A stretch of DNA of 60,137 bases, counting the filler, from Hausera hauseri (lineage: Eukaryota), in assembly GCA_046269625.1 (NCBI GenBank). It is 12 parts of 12 records of this genome, joined end to end, with 100 filler letters (N's around TTAATTAATTAA, not from the genome) between each part and the next. Parts side by side here need not be neighbours in the genome. Positions count along the whole stretch, not along the records: positions 1 to 4,016 come from JBJURY010817419.1; positions 4,117 to 8,909 come from JBJURY010434694.1; positions 9,010 to 12,974 come from JBJURY010852633.1; 9 more parts are not named here. One strand, written 5' to 3'. Position numbers and translations under genes: made by a program. This document shows positions 1-11,379 of this stretch, piece by piece. Under the pieces are notes generated by a model. The model made no database searches. It was not told the DNA's origin and was given only the letters and a program-made list of their open reading frames with translations. The stretch's first letter is position 1, and every line of letters begins with the position of its first letter.

Positions 1-99
1 ATTTATCATTGATAGAGTTGATGGTGTGATGGAGTGCCGCATTTTCGGCGCGTAATTCGTTTAACTGCTGTTCGAGTAAAACATTGTTGGTAGTAACTG

Positions 100-650
100 C
101 TGCAGAAATAACTGGTTGAGTGTGTACGTTCAAAACCTCGTACGTTTTGTCCGCCAGTTCGGCCAATTTATCTAGTGTTGTCGATTCTTCAACGACAGTA
201 AGTAAGGCCCTAATTTATATGGGCAAGGCATTCAGGAAGTAGAGTTGCAAAAGATCGGCGTTATGTTATTTAGTCACGCCAAGTGTTTGAAGTTGCACGA
301 GTGAGGTTCTGAGGAAATCAGATGGTTTCTGCGTCCCCATTGCATTGTCGTTGAAGAAACGGTGAATTATTGAGTCCATAGATGATTCCGTAAGTTTCAA
401 AACGGCATTGTAAAGATGAGTATATGGATCAGGTTTCTGGAAGATATCAAGCAAATCATGAATGGCCGTTTTAACAGTTGTTGGTAAAAGACAAAGCAGG
501 TTATGGGCTTTAGTTATCGGATCAATGATGTTGTTAGATTGCAACCAAAGTTTGTGGAAGCTAAACCACGTTTTGTTAGAATGTTTGTGGTCAATAAAAT
601 ACTCCGTGCATTGAGAAACGTGTTTGGCTGGCGAGGTTGAAGAAGTATAA
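100..650 (-). pseudogene. gag: Ty3/Gypsy-type gag (DUF7041-like) fragment
   Basis: The ORF reads ...DPYTHLYNAVLK...AMGTQKPSDFLR. Reading on past the stop gives ADLLQLYFLNALPI*IRALLTVVEESTTLDKLAELADKTYE, which matches the LGDxKPS / LFLxxLP / LDxLAxxAD signature of metazoan Gypsy gag. In-frame stops are present. Confidence 0.75.
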
Positions 651-1079
651 TTACTGAAAGACGCGTGTCGAATTCTGTTTCCACCGTCGATTATTATCCG
701 ATGTCGCCATTGACGACTCGTACGCATGAATGAAGTTAGCGGCCATTTGGTTCGTGGGAAATTCGTAAAGGTCATTCGTCGGACCGTTTTTGAACAAATG
801 ATCAAGTTTCGCGGCAATTTTGTCGCCCTTTGTAACGCATATGGAAATAATGACTGTCTGGTCACCGGATGCTATACAAATGGGCATGATGGACAAGTCG
901 TCGACGTAGGCATTGAACGACTTCATGTTAAAATCTCCGTCATTGACTTTCGATGACGGGTCGATATTCGGTTCAGGATGAAGATAGACGTTGTTCAGTA
1001 TGAAGGATGGTTTGTAATGCAGTTGCCAAGATAACGATTGGAAACGCTGTAACAGTTGTCTGGCGTTCATCGCTGTGCG

Positions 1080-1480
1080 TTTTTCTATACTGTTCCGCAC
1101 AACATGACTGGGTTTGTTACATTGGTAACATGTGCGATTGGAATTTATGTTGACGGATGGACGTAATGTGGTTGATTCCAGCAACAGGTAGTGTGCGTTA
1201 TCAGGTCGTTGTAAATTATCAGAATTACTATGTAACCGTAAAATGTGAGCGAAATAACGGAGAATATATCGACACTTGTCCAAATTGAGACTACCGCTGA
1301 GATTATGTGACAAAGCAAAAGGATCCTCAATGGTAATGTATGCCGACTGCTAGTCTTCGTCTATTTTGTACAGAGGTTTCATTTGTCGTATGGTGGTGAC
1401 ATGCTTATCAAAAGGGAACTCAACGGTGTAGTAATCAAAGAAATCAAGCCACAGATAACCAAGTGTGAGCAAATTGATCG
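1080..1480 (-). pseudogene. TUT4/TUT7-like (Cid1 family) terminal uridylyltransferase fragment: PAP-associated domain plus degenerate CCHC knuckle
   Basis: Reading through the stop at 1350 gives TLGYLWLDFFDYYTVEFPFDKHVTTIR...*...YITIEDPFALSHNLSGSL, then TCYQCNKPSHVVRNS. This matches the GxLWL.F..FY..EFDF..HVISIR / IEDPFDL.HNLG pattern of TUT4/7. Confidence 0.75.
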
Positions 1481-1499
1481 GATTGGATTTATTGTGAAC

Positions 1500-3590
1500 A
1501 ATATTGGCAACGACTTTGTTACCAAGATCGGACATATGCATTTCATAAGATTCTTTTTTCCAGTTGAATAGTAACGAATTCAAATCTGAAATGTCTGATA
1601 TAGGGAATGATTTTATTCAGTACGATTTGTTCGTTGGCAGATTCCTGCAAATACACACAGAGCGAGAAACCGTTAACTTCACTGGTATGCTGCCAAATGC
1701 ATGGATCCCTGATTTCGATAACCTGATCAATCGTGAGGATCTCTTTAAAAATCAACACAATCCTCTCCGTGACATAGTTTTGGTGGTTGAAGAATAAGAA
1801 CGGAAAGTTTGTGAGGGAAGTGGAATTACTAAACGCAATATCAGCAGAGATGAAAAGCGAAAAAAGCGGGTCGGCAATATACCAACCGTACCATTCCATC
1901 AAGAAGCTGCTGAAGATAATACCAATAGAACTCAATGTGCCTGCTAACACATGCAGATAAACACTCCTCATGTTTTTTTCATCATGATGCGAATGACTAC
2001 GATCATGACCGTAACTGTGACCACGGCCATGATCATGTCCGTGGGAATGGCCTTGGTTTTCTTCAGAACCGTGAGAAGGACCATGGCTATGCCCCAGGGC
2101 CATTATTCCAAACAAGTTCACCAGTAAACCCACGACAGATACCAACTTAAGCCGTTCGATACTAACTTCCGGTGGTTAAATTAGACGATTAACATCATTA
2201 CGGAAAACGGATATTGATATTACAATAAGGAAAAGAGCGTTTATAAAACCTGACAATGCTTCGACTCGATGATACCCAAAAGAATAAATTTTCGACGTTT
2301 TCCACCGGCTGACAATAGCCGCGTAGAGGCCCATCACAATTGCAGAATCGAATAACATGTGAAAACCATCGGAAATCAGTGCTAAACTATTTGTCAGAAA
2401 TCCATAGAACAATTCCACAAACGCAAATGCCAAATTAATACAAAGATACAAAAATATCCGTCTCGAATCGTCATCGAACAATATTTCCATCAACGTCTTA
2501 TGGAGATGACTGACAATCGATGGTCCGGTACAATGGAGAAATTCTTCGCCAACAGAAAATGTATAAAGCGGCAAACCGCCTTTGGAATAACCAACGAAAT
2601 TTCCTTTGTTCGTCTTGGTACGATTGTAACTCGATGCCAATAATTTACAAGCTACATGGAAAATAATCCAAACGAAACAACAACAAAAACCCCTCACCAT
2701 AGGCAATCAAAAACAAACTAACGACAACTCCAAACGACAATTCATGATCGGTATTATCACTATCCAAAATGACAATTTTATGAAGCAAAGTCCTGCTCGT
2801 TGTATACGGATGATTCCAGAAAACTGACAAAAACATGCCGGTAAATCCCATTATCCAATTGCCATAAATGCCAATAAACTGACTACCGTATTTCGTCGCC
2901 GTTATTGAATTCACGTAAAAGTCAACGACGTTATTGCTGATACTGATGTAGAAAATAATGGCTAGAATGTGCCAACTTGATTGAGAAATAGATTCCGGAA
3001 CGTTGAAAAAGTTGTCGTATTGATTGGTGAAATAAAAGGCTAGAACGACGAACAACCACGTAATTGACGAAATGATAGACGAGATTGCCGACAGTCGTTT
3101 ATGGCCACCAACAACGTGACTGATGTTTTTACCAACAATTTCTTTACAACCCGTATCTAGTAACAGTCCCAAAACCAGTAAAATAACACCAGCTTTATGG
3201 TCCGATAATCCAAAAGCGGAAAGAATTTTGTTGAGTACCCGTGGAATCAGAACATTGTTATTCAATCCGGCATTAGGAACATTTTCCCCTGGAGATTTCT
3301 CACCATGATCATGATCGAAAAACAAAATGCGGGTTACAGCACAGATAAAAATAAAAGTTCCACGAGATTTTACCATACTACTATCGTTTAAGAAGAAGAG
3401 ACAACTTAAAATAGACAGGACAATCGTTTCATTGTGTTCGAATATCAAAATAAATCTTAATGGTCCACACAATCCCAATCCAATTAATATTAGCACTTAA
3501 ATAAACCAAACTAACAGTGAATATTTAATAACCTTTATCCACTTGTTCGCTTTTAATTTTTGTCCTGACATAAAAGCCTTTTGGAGAACA
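1500..3590 (-). pseudogene. SLC30A5: Zinc transporter ZnT5 (CDF family), intronless, 5'-truncated, with stops and frameshifts
   Basis: Motifs in ZnT5 order across ORFs 3497-3967 (tail only), 2645-3496, 2176-2706 and 1543-2145: LQKAFMSG...WIKV, GLCGPLRFILIFEH, DHKAGVILL, GYSKGGLPLY, DSRRIFLYLCINLAFAFVELFYG, LISDGFHMLFD, a His-rich loop, VYLHVLAGTL and TIQLEK. Confidence 0.9.
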
Positions 3591-3599
3591 ACGTAATTA

Positions 3600-3990
3600 G
3601 TTGTTACTTTATCCGCAACATCAAGTATAGATTTTAATTTAGTAAATAAACCGTGACACGGAAGGCAACCGCAGGGGATCCCATACACAAAACCCCGACT
3701 TACCACATCGTTCCAAATTTCAGGTGCACAAGTTTCATTTAAAAGCAACAGTGACAATCTGTCTTTCAAAGTACCACAAATTAAATCATTTGTTTCAGCT
3801 GGAACTGTAATGTGCATAAGCTGACACCAATTGTTGTTTCGTATATACTGCGGTATATTTGTTACAGCTGCTGTCAAATAGTTACTCACAAAATCATGTA
3901 GTAAATTTGTAACAGCATTTTGTTGGTGCACTGAATTGTCGTTTGTTGAATTCAAATGCACCAACAATGTCCCACCATAATTTGATTAAT
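3600..3990 (-). pseudogene. Uncharacterised Cys-containing domain ('domain X'), paralogous to 6072-6569 and fused in frame to the ZnT5 fragment
   Basis: LLVH...HQQNAVTNL...NDLICGTL...WNDVVSRGFVYGIPCGCLPCHGLFTKLK aligns by eye with the ORF at 6072-6569. Confidence 0.6.
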
Positions 3991-4199
3991 CTGTCCTCGT
4001 ACAATATGTTAATCATNNNNNNNNNNNNNNNNNNNNNNNNNNNNNNNNNNNNNNNNNNNNTTAATTAATTAANNNNNNNNNNNNNNNNNNNNNNNNNNNN
4101 NNNNNNNNNNNNNNNNAAAAAGCGGCCAATGTCATTAAATTATGATTCGGAATGGGCACAAATAGGAATATTATTATGAAATAAATAACACTACACCGT

Positions 4200-4570
4200 A
4201 TGCCTTGTGCCTCAGGTATTTCCTTGCGAAAAAAAACAAAAGTTTGAACGGTCTTAAGTCGCCAATTAGGGAATTCTTGTATGATACTTATGAGGGCCTG
4301 ATGAGACTTGATTTTCAAATCCTCGTCGACATGAATACTAAAACGTGAAAGTAGATAGACAATCTCAGATTTATTCACGTCTGAAAGGAGTAACCTAGGA
4401 ATAGTAGATATATATGTTTTAAGAAAATCAATTTTTGGCTTTCTTTCGGCGGTTATGACATCGTCCTGTTCTTTGTTAATGTTTTCCTGTTTCATCGAAA
4501 ACATCGTACTAATGTCTTGTTGGTCCAACAGTTTTAACTTGGTATCAAATGCTTTTCAAAAGTCTGTTGG
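4200..4570 (-). pseudogene. FRY: Furry (FRY/MOR2/TAO3 family) internal fragment
   Basis: KAFD...LDQQ...INKEQDDVITAERKPKIDFLKTYISTIPRLL...LLSRFSIHVDEDLK...QEFPNWR matches the Furry segment [27 protein letters not shown]...IHMDEELR...DFPDWR. There is a frameshift at a poly-T run. Confidence 0.85.
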
Positions 4571-4707
4571 TGTTTTACAGTTTATATGGGGTGAATACCG
4601 TCATAGGATCGGCTTTGCCGATATCGGTAACTTGTTCCGTGTCCGATGTTCCTTTAACCATAATTCACTTTAGAAAAGCATTTTTAATAGCTGTGTCAGG
4701 TATAAAT

Positions 4708-6045
4708 TTATAATATTCCGTGAGTTTTGTAATGGGGATAAAAAATATCTTTGGAAACATAATCTATAACCAATTTCCAACGATAACTCAAAATTAAATA
4801 TTTGGAGGATGTTGAAATATCACAGATTTTGTGAGATTTTATAGATCTGTAAACACGATCACTCGTACGTTGGAGGTTAAACAAGGTTCTGGGCTCTAAA
4901 CATCTGACAGTAATTTCAATTTTCCTCGAAAGAACCCAATTGATAAAAACAGTCAAAGCACAAGTGCATTGAATACTAGTATCATCTGACACTAAAAATT
5001 CTTTCAATGATGCACTGGTAGAGTCATCATTAAAATCAGAGAGATAATTTCCTCGAAGATCAACTCTTTTACGAACACCGTGAGTATTAATTGAATGTAG
5101 AACGTCCGTAGATGCAGATATTTTAATAAGTTTATTAAATGAAAGATCAAGATCAGTTAAATGTCGCATACGACTAAGCAAGCAGACGGGTGCATCCGGT
5201 TCTGAACTACTATGACGTGGCTGAAGTCCTATTGGATTGTCTGGAAAAAAATTTTCCGTTTCTGTAGTTGCCAATGTTATGAAATTTTGATAACGATTGT
5301 GAGAAAGATTTAAATATCGCATATTAACCAAATTTAACAAATGAGAAGAACCAGATTGATTTAGTTTATTGTGTGCCAAATTCAAATGAAGTAATGAAGC
5401 AAGTTTTTTCGGCACCTCTACGAAATTGTTTCGCGATAAATCCAGGTCAACGACTGCTTTCATTTTGTCGAATGAAGATTTACAAATTGCACTGATAGAA
5501 CAACCGGATATTTTCAGAATAGATAAACACTGCAAACCAAAAGTCCAATAGTTTTTAATGCTTGTCAAATTAAAATTTTCAAAAATATCCAAAAACTTAA
5601 GACCGGGGAAAGATTGTATATAAAATGGTGCAGTGCCGAAATGACAAATTTCTGAACTACGCTTGTGAACGTTAGTCGCGAATAAATTTCCGCGTAAACT
5701 CAGCCATTTTAATTTTACTAAATACTGCAACGGTAAAGATGGCATCTTTTTAATTTGATTGTATGATAGATCGAAAAATTCTAATTTTTCAAACTGAGGT
5801 ATCAGTCCAAAATCAGATGCGTCGTTTACATCAGCTTTCCTTTTTCGCCGAGAAAAATTAATCGGTCTCTGTTCAACATTATTGTTCACAGTATAAGATA
5901 ATTTGAAGCCGGTGTTTTTATTTGATGATACTCGGTTATCCGACGGGTTTCGAAAAATTTTAAATTTATTAAACCGTAAAGAAAGCCCTTTTAGACTTTT
6001 ATAAACAACGGTTGGAGTTATTTGTTGTGTAGCCGACAGACACAT
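4708..6045 (-). CDS. Leucine-rich-repeat protein, Toll-like-receptor ectodomain type (LRRs plus LRRCT); possibly a pseudogene fragment
   Basis: Multiple LxxLDLSxN repeats, an LRRCT cap (IQCTCALTVFINWV...RCLEP...C) and a juxtamembrane-like YRWK. No intact TM helix or TIR domain is visible. Confidence 0.75.
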   Translation of the reverse strand: MCLSATQQITPTVVYKSLKGLSLRFNKFKIFRNPSDNRVSSNKNTGFKLSYTVNNNVEQRPINFSRRKRKADVNDASDFGLIPQFEKLEFFDLSYNQIKKMPSLPLQYLVKLKWLSLRGNLFATNVHKRSSEICHFGTAPFYIQSFPGLKFLDIFENFNLTSIKNYWTFGLQCLSILKISGCSISAICKSSFDKMKAVVDLDLSRNNFVEVPKKLASLLHLNLAHNKLNQSGSSHLLNLVNMRYLNLSHNRYQNFITLATTETENFFPDNPIGLQPRHSSSEPDAPVCLLSRMRHLTDLDLSFNKLIKISASTDVLHSINTHGVRKRVDLRGNYLSDFNDDSTSASLKEFLVSDDTSIQCTCALTVFINWVLSRKIEITVRCLEPRTLFNLQRTSDRVYRSIKSHKICDISTSSKYLILSYRWKLVIDYVSKDIFYPHYKTHGIL

Positions 6046-6071
6046 TTTCCAAAATATTTTGTGTAGCCGAA

Positions 6072-6569
6072 TTACAAAAAACGTAAATGTAACATGTTGA
6101 TTATTTCGTCGTGTCCCAATTTTAATTTAATAAGTAAACTGTGACATGAAAAACAGGCGCAGGGCATCCCACAAACAAAAGCCGGACTCACGGTATTGTT
6201 CCAAGTTCCAGTTGTGCAGATTTCCGTAAAAATCACCGGTGATAATTCATATTCTAGAGTCCGACAAATCAAATCATTTTCAACGGAATTTGTGCTGCAC
6301 ATTATCTGACACAAATTGTAGTAATTGACTTGAAATTGTATACCAGATATCGTTCCTCTAGAGTAATTAGCAAAGACAGAAAATATCAAATTTATCACCG
6401 CCTTTTGTTGGTGCGTGAAAATAGCATATGTTACATTCCGATGCACCAACAACGTCCCGATATCATTTTGTAGAGTTAATTTTGTGGAATTTGTTACAAC
6501 AGGTAACGTATAATTCTTTCTTTTCCTTTCCGAGATAATTACAAAAATAAAATTCATTTTCAACACCAA
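6072..6569 (-). CDS. Uncharacterised Cys-containing protein ('domain X'); may be the N-terminus of the LRR gene
   Basis: 165-aa ORF with a paralog at 3600-3990. It is separated from the LRR ORF by a short duplicated TGTGTAGCCGA motif (about 6027 and 6060). Confidence 0.5.
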   Translation of the reverse strand: MVLKMNFIFVIISERKRKNYTLPVVTNSTKLTLQNDIGTLLVHRNVTYAIFTHQQKAVINLIFSVFANYSRGTISGIQFQVNYYNLCQIMCSTNSVENDLICRTLEYELSPVIFTEICTTGTWNNTVSPAFVCGMPCACFSCHSLLIKLKLGHDEIINMLHLRFL

Positions 6570-6782
6570 AAATTTATTTTCAAACGTTCAAAAAACTTTT
6601 TCAAATTTTATAAGTAGTAATCATGAATTTAAAACAATTTTTTATTACAAAATCACAAAATATGCCATCTAGCTCTCGCTCATGAAACCCCCCGCGGCCG
6701 TTAAATGTCACAGTTTCCATAATCAGCATAATTACTATTAATTTTCATCCGATGCTAAAAATCCAACGTAACGAAATGAACA

Positions 6783-7219
6783 ATGTCCAAATGTCAACAT
6801 TATTCTCCACTAATGGAACGTGATAGAATTCTTGAAAATTTTCAGGCTATTAGTGAAAATCAGAATTTTGAAGAGTGTAATCAAATTTTAGAATCAGTCA
6901 ATTGGGATTTAAGTAAAGCGGTTGAAAATTTAGACCAACTAAGTGAATTTTCTGTTCCTGCAATGAAATCAAGTACTCTATTGAGTCAATCATCAAATCG
7001 ACCAAGAGATTTAGTTTTCAGTGTCGATATTAAAGGCCAAAATGTGGAAATTATTGTTTCAGAAGACCAAACCGTTAGTGATGTTGCCAAAGTAGCAGCA
7101 TTATATATCAACGATCCAGAATGTTTACTCAAAATAAATTGTCCAAAAACTCCATACGATGACAATACAATTTTAAAAATCATGAAGTTACCAAGTCATA
7201 ATAACGTTGTTGCTACTCC
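6783..7219 (+). pseudogene. FAF1: FAS-associated factor 1 N-terminal part (UBA plus first ubiquitin-like domain), truncated by an LTR
   Basis: MERDRILENFQAI...EECNQILESVNWDLSKAV matches the FAF1 UBA domain, and RDLVFSVDIKGQNVEIIVSEDQTVSDV matches UBL1. The last codons of the ORF derive from the LTR that starts at 7220. Confidence 0.8.
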
Positions 7220-7390
7220 TGTTGAATGCACGAAATAAAACTAAAATAAGTAGTAGAACTACAATACGCTCCGGTGGCAAGGTGTGACGTAAAGATAAAA
7301 GAAATAGTAAACTAACGTAGAACGAAACAGTGTGGGCTAACTATGTGGTCTTCGTATGTTCAAGTCGTTGTATTCCATCAGTATTTAACA
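7220..7390 (-). repeat. LTR (171 bp) of the adjacent Gypsy element
   Basis: TG...CA ends with inverted termini TGTTGAAT / ATTTAACA. It lies 3' of the minus-strand integrase. Confidence 0.7.
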
Positions 7391-8909
7391 CTCTACTGTA
7401 GGTACTGAAAGTGACCTATTTGTATTTTTTAGTATCGTTGAATCTGGTTGACAATTTGATGGAGATTCAACGATGTCGGACGTCGTCGTTGAGGGTGGTA
7501 TATCATTCAGCGACGGGGGATGGGTTGGAGGGAAAAGTGGTGAGATTAGCGTGAGGAGTTTGAGGAGTAGGTTCTATTAGCCGGCTGGGTGTACGGTTTG
7601 GAGGAATAGAAATTGGGAAAGGCGGTTGTGTTAGAGAAGGTGTAGAAGGTTTAGTTTGAGATGCATAATCGACGAAATGGCAGGCTTTACATTGTTCATG
7701 TACACCGCTAGTTCTTTGCCGTCTTTAAAAATAATTGCATTATGGGAGTGCAATTGAACTAGTTTGTAAGGACCTAAATACCGTGGTTGGAAACCGCACG
7801 GTGTCTGGTTTCTGAACCAGACGAATTTTTCCGAGTGTAGATACTCCAGTAGGTATGTTTTATTTTTATTCAAGATCCTACAGAAAGAATCTCTGCTGAC
7901 GGCAACAAAATGGTCCTGTGCTAATAGAATAGATTCGTCTGTCGGTGTATCTTCTAAGGCCGTTAACTCGAACAATGAGCGTAAAGATGTTCTGAAAAGG
8001 CTTCTGTAGGTTAACAGCCTGTAGAAGTAGAAGGTGTATTACACCAACCTAGAAGAACAAGCGGAAGGAGAGTAGTCGAACTGCAATTGGATTCAGCGAG
8101 GATTCTCAATGACGTTTTTAGTGTCCTTTGGTATCTCTCTAGCAGACCATTCGATTGAGGGTGGTTCTTTGATGTGTGGATATGGATAATTCCTAATTGG
8201 TTAATAAGAGATTTAAACAAATTTGACTCAAACTTTGTACCTTGATCTGTAATAATGAATCTAGGGGATCCAAATCTACTGATCCACGTGCGTATGAAAA
8301 CGTCGGCGATCGTGTCCGTATTGGTGCTCCGTAGTGGAACGGCTTCTGGCCAACGTAATAAACGATCCATCATGGTCAAAATGAACTGATGACCGTTATC
8401 AGGAGGAAAAGGACTAACGAGATCAACATGAACGGACTCAAAACGTGATGTGCAATGGAAATGGCAAAGTATTGGCTTCACATGTTTGGTGATTTTAAAT
8501 TTCTGGCAAGGCGCGCACTCCTTAACCCACGCTTGCACATCAGAACGCATAGCAGACCACATTACTTGTCGTTGAAGTAAGCGGAGAGTTGCTTTGGCAC
8601 CAGGATGATGTAACGAATGCATGTTTTAAAATACTTGTTTGTGTAAGGATGTAGCGAGAATTATCCTGGATTGTCCTGGTTTGGAGGTATCTAAGGCCTC
8701 GCCGTCGATTATCTGGTGGGATTTGAACAAACTGAGAATATCTTGCGATGGCTGATTTTCCTGGAGCTTTGTCTGAGTGAAGATTGGCGAAAAATTGATC
8801 GAGCCGACTGATCTAGATAGGAAATGGGCAACTAGATTGTCAACACCCTCGATATGTTTGATGTCAAAGTTGAATGTGGACAAATATGAAATTTGCCGTT
8901 CTTGTCGAG
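7391..8909 (-). mobile_element. pol: Ty3/Gypsy LTR retrotransposon pol 3' part (RNase H end, HHCC zinc finger, rve integrase, GPY/F), degenerate
   Basis: FDIKHIEGVDNLVAHFLSR; HSLHHPG...CAPC; VHVDLV; ITDQGTKFES; HPQSNGLLER; PRYLGPY. Stops and frameshifts are present. Confidence 0.92.
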
Positions 8910-9148
8910 NNNNNNNNNNNNNNNNNNNNNNNNNNNNNNNNNNNNNNNNNNNNTTAATTAATTAANNNNNNNNNNNNNNNNNNNNNNNNNNNNNNNNNNN
9001 NNNNNNNNNAAGAACAGAGAAAGGTTAATAAGTGGGTCATTGAATGTACCTCAATGACCACCTTAAGTTGCGGGAATGGTGATGATGCTGATAAATGGTA
9101 CTGAATGACTATTCTTTTTTTTTGTAATACAATGTTGGGTAAGAGAAG

Positions 9149-9350
9149 GAGCCGCAGTGGTGTAGTGGTTAGTGCGCTCGTGTGCCGATCGCATTGTCGT
9201 GGGGTCAAACCCCCAAATAAAAAAATTTTTATTTTTTTTTTTTTTTACCGAAACCTCCAGGGTCCCACCAAGCTTCAAAAATGGGTACCGGTGATATTCT
9301 CTGGGAAAGTAAAAGCGGCAACATAACCCAATCATGTGTCGGTGTCAATG
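9149..9350 (+). mobile_element. tRNA-derived SINE
   Basis: A box TGGTGTAGTGG and B box GGGTCAAACCC, followed by a conserved-core-like AATGGGTACCGG...GTAAAAGCGGC. Confidence 0.6.
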
Positions 9351-10312
9351 AAAAAAATGGGGACACTAACTCCACATTTCCCCATTAGGCTGCATTTAGG
9401 TGTGAAATGGACCTTGCTACTTTTTCACCACTGGGAAAGAGTGAACTAGGTTTACAATAACGAAAACCATTTACAGGTTAGAATTTAAAAAACAAACAAA
9501 CAAAAAACCGTATACTAAGGTTCATGTATTATGCAACGGTAAAACGACTTACCTAATTTGAGCCCTCTGTCAGTCTGGTCCGGCGTGTGTTCCAAGCCAT
9601 TGCTATTTTCTTCATGTCTCAGACGCTTAACTGAACTTGCCATTGCCGGAGACATTTTACTTGCTTGTAATATCGTGTCCGTTTTAGAAGTTCGATAATT
9701 TTTTTTGTTTTATTTTATCTACACATTATCACTCAACACATTTTGGAAGTGTGTCTAATATAATAAACACAACAGTGAATAAACTGGAGCGAAATGTATG
9801 CAAAAGTGATGTTGCACAAAAAATGAATTATTAAAAAATGTCAGTCTGACAAACACTCTAATTGGTTCAATATCCTTATTAGTATCCAAAAAGATGTCGA
9901 ATTAAGTGCACGACTTCAATAGCACCATCTGATCCATATAATGTCGGATATGTGTCTTTTCGTAGAAATGTTACCCGTCACACTGAGTCTTTCACAGTGC
10001 TGGGCTTAGTTATGAGTTGAATGGGCTCTAAAACTTCATATCCAAGGGGCACCACATCTTTCTGACGAGGTTATTTTAATTTACTGTTAACAGAGAGATC
10101 ATCTCAGAGCCAACACATTTTCTGTGTCTTGAGTCACAAAAACACACTTTCACGAGGCTGGAACAGTTCGTTTGCTCGTACTGTGTTGTATTTGTAGATG
10201 AATCAATATATTATAAATGTGAAGTCTTTTGAAGGATTTTAAAGACTGAAAAGAAGCAAATTGTTCAATTCATCATGGCGGCCATGCTTGTGTTTTGGTC
10301 ACTCTACCATAG

Positions 10313-10595
10313 TTATTGTTTCATGAAACTGGGCTGTTGAAATGCCACAGAAAGTGGTACAGTCATCATATGCAGATTCTTTCCTGAGCGTGTGGAGCTA
10401 CAAAGGGAATTGGAAAAATCTGCAGTGAAGGGCTTGGTCTGTTCTTGCTTTGTGCTGGTGCTAACGGGATTTAGCAGCCATGAAACTGCCTCTTGTTTTA
10501 TTCTGTCTCCATCAATTGAAAAAAGTGGAGCAGAGGGACGATTAAGAGTTGGTAATCTTGAGCTCCATTGTTCAACCTCATTCAGGTGAGTAAAC
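10313..10595 (-). CDS. Putative terminal exon of an unidentified intron-containing gene
   Basis: A polypyrimidine/CTGCAG acceptor (TTTTCCTCCCCTGCAG) is followed by about 94 open codons to TAA. A second similar acceptor lies near 12250. The product is not recognised. Confidence 0.3.
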
Positions 10596-11379
10596 CTGCA
10601 GGGGAGGAAAAGTCAAGTCAAATTTATTTATAAAGCACTTTTAAAAACAGCAGTTGTTACCAAAGTGCTTAACAATATAAAAAACAATGGCAGTAATTTA
10701 AAGAAAAAAATGATTTAAAGCATCAAAGGAAAACACAAAACAACAAATCAAATCACACTGGGTTAAAAGTCAGTGAAAACAGATGTTTTTAAAAGTGAAT
10801 TAAAAACAGGAAGGGAAGTGGCCTGTCCAATGTTGGGGGCAGACTGTTCCAACATTTTTCCAGAAGCTATCCTTCCACCAGGCGGACCAGTTTCAATGCA
10901 GACATGTTCCTGTTTTTGATTTTCTACATATGTCTGTTTTGCTACTTTGACATCTTTGTTTTAACTTGTTAAAAAATAATCTGTATTTCTCTCTTATGAT
11001 TGTCTATTGTTGATTGTCCAAGGAAAATCTACTGTTGCTGTTGTCATCATTCTTAGTTTGTAGCCAGGTCTCTCTTGTAAATGAGTCCTCGAGGCTCAAT
11101 GAGATTAACCTGCCTAAATAAAGGTTGAATGAATGAATGAAAAAACTTTGTCAATAGTAATAGTTTTAACTGTAAACAACAACATAGACTTATTCTGTTA
11201 TTCTTACTGGTTTAAACAAAGGTGATTCAGCCAGGCTAAAAAATAAAAATGCTCAGAATTGCTGCAATAAACAGAAAAAAGACTGAGTAAGTCAAGTTCA
11301 AGAACTCAGGCCAGGGTCCCAGTTACACCCAACAATAGCAAAAATATAAATTGTAAAAAGAAACAGTAATACAGATATA

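Noticed and set aside
4017-4116. Recurring N44-TTAATTAATTAA-N44 motif (11 times) and ORFs ending in XXX-LIN
   Set aside because: Artificial six-frame-stop contig linker. Adjacency across linkers has no biological meaning.
9149-9215. tRNA gene (also 34878-34940)
   Set aside because: A and B boxes are present but no consistent cloverleaf, and the context is SINE-like.
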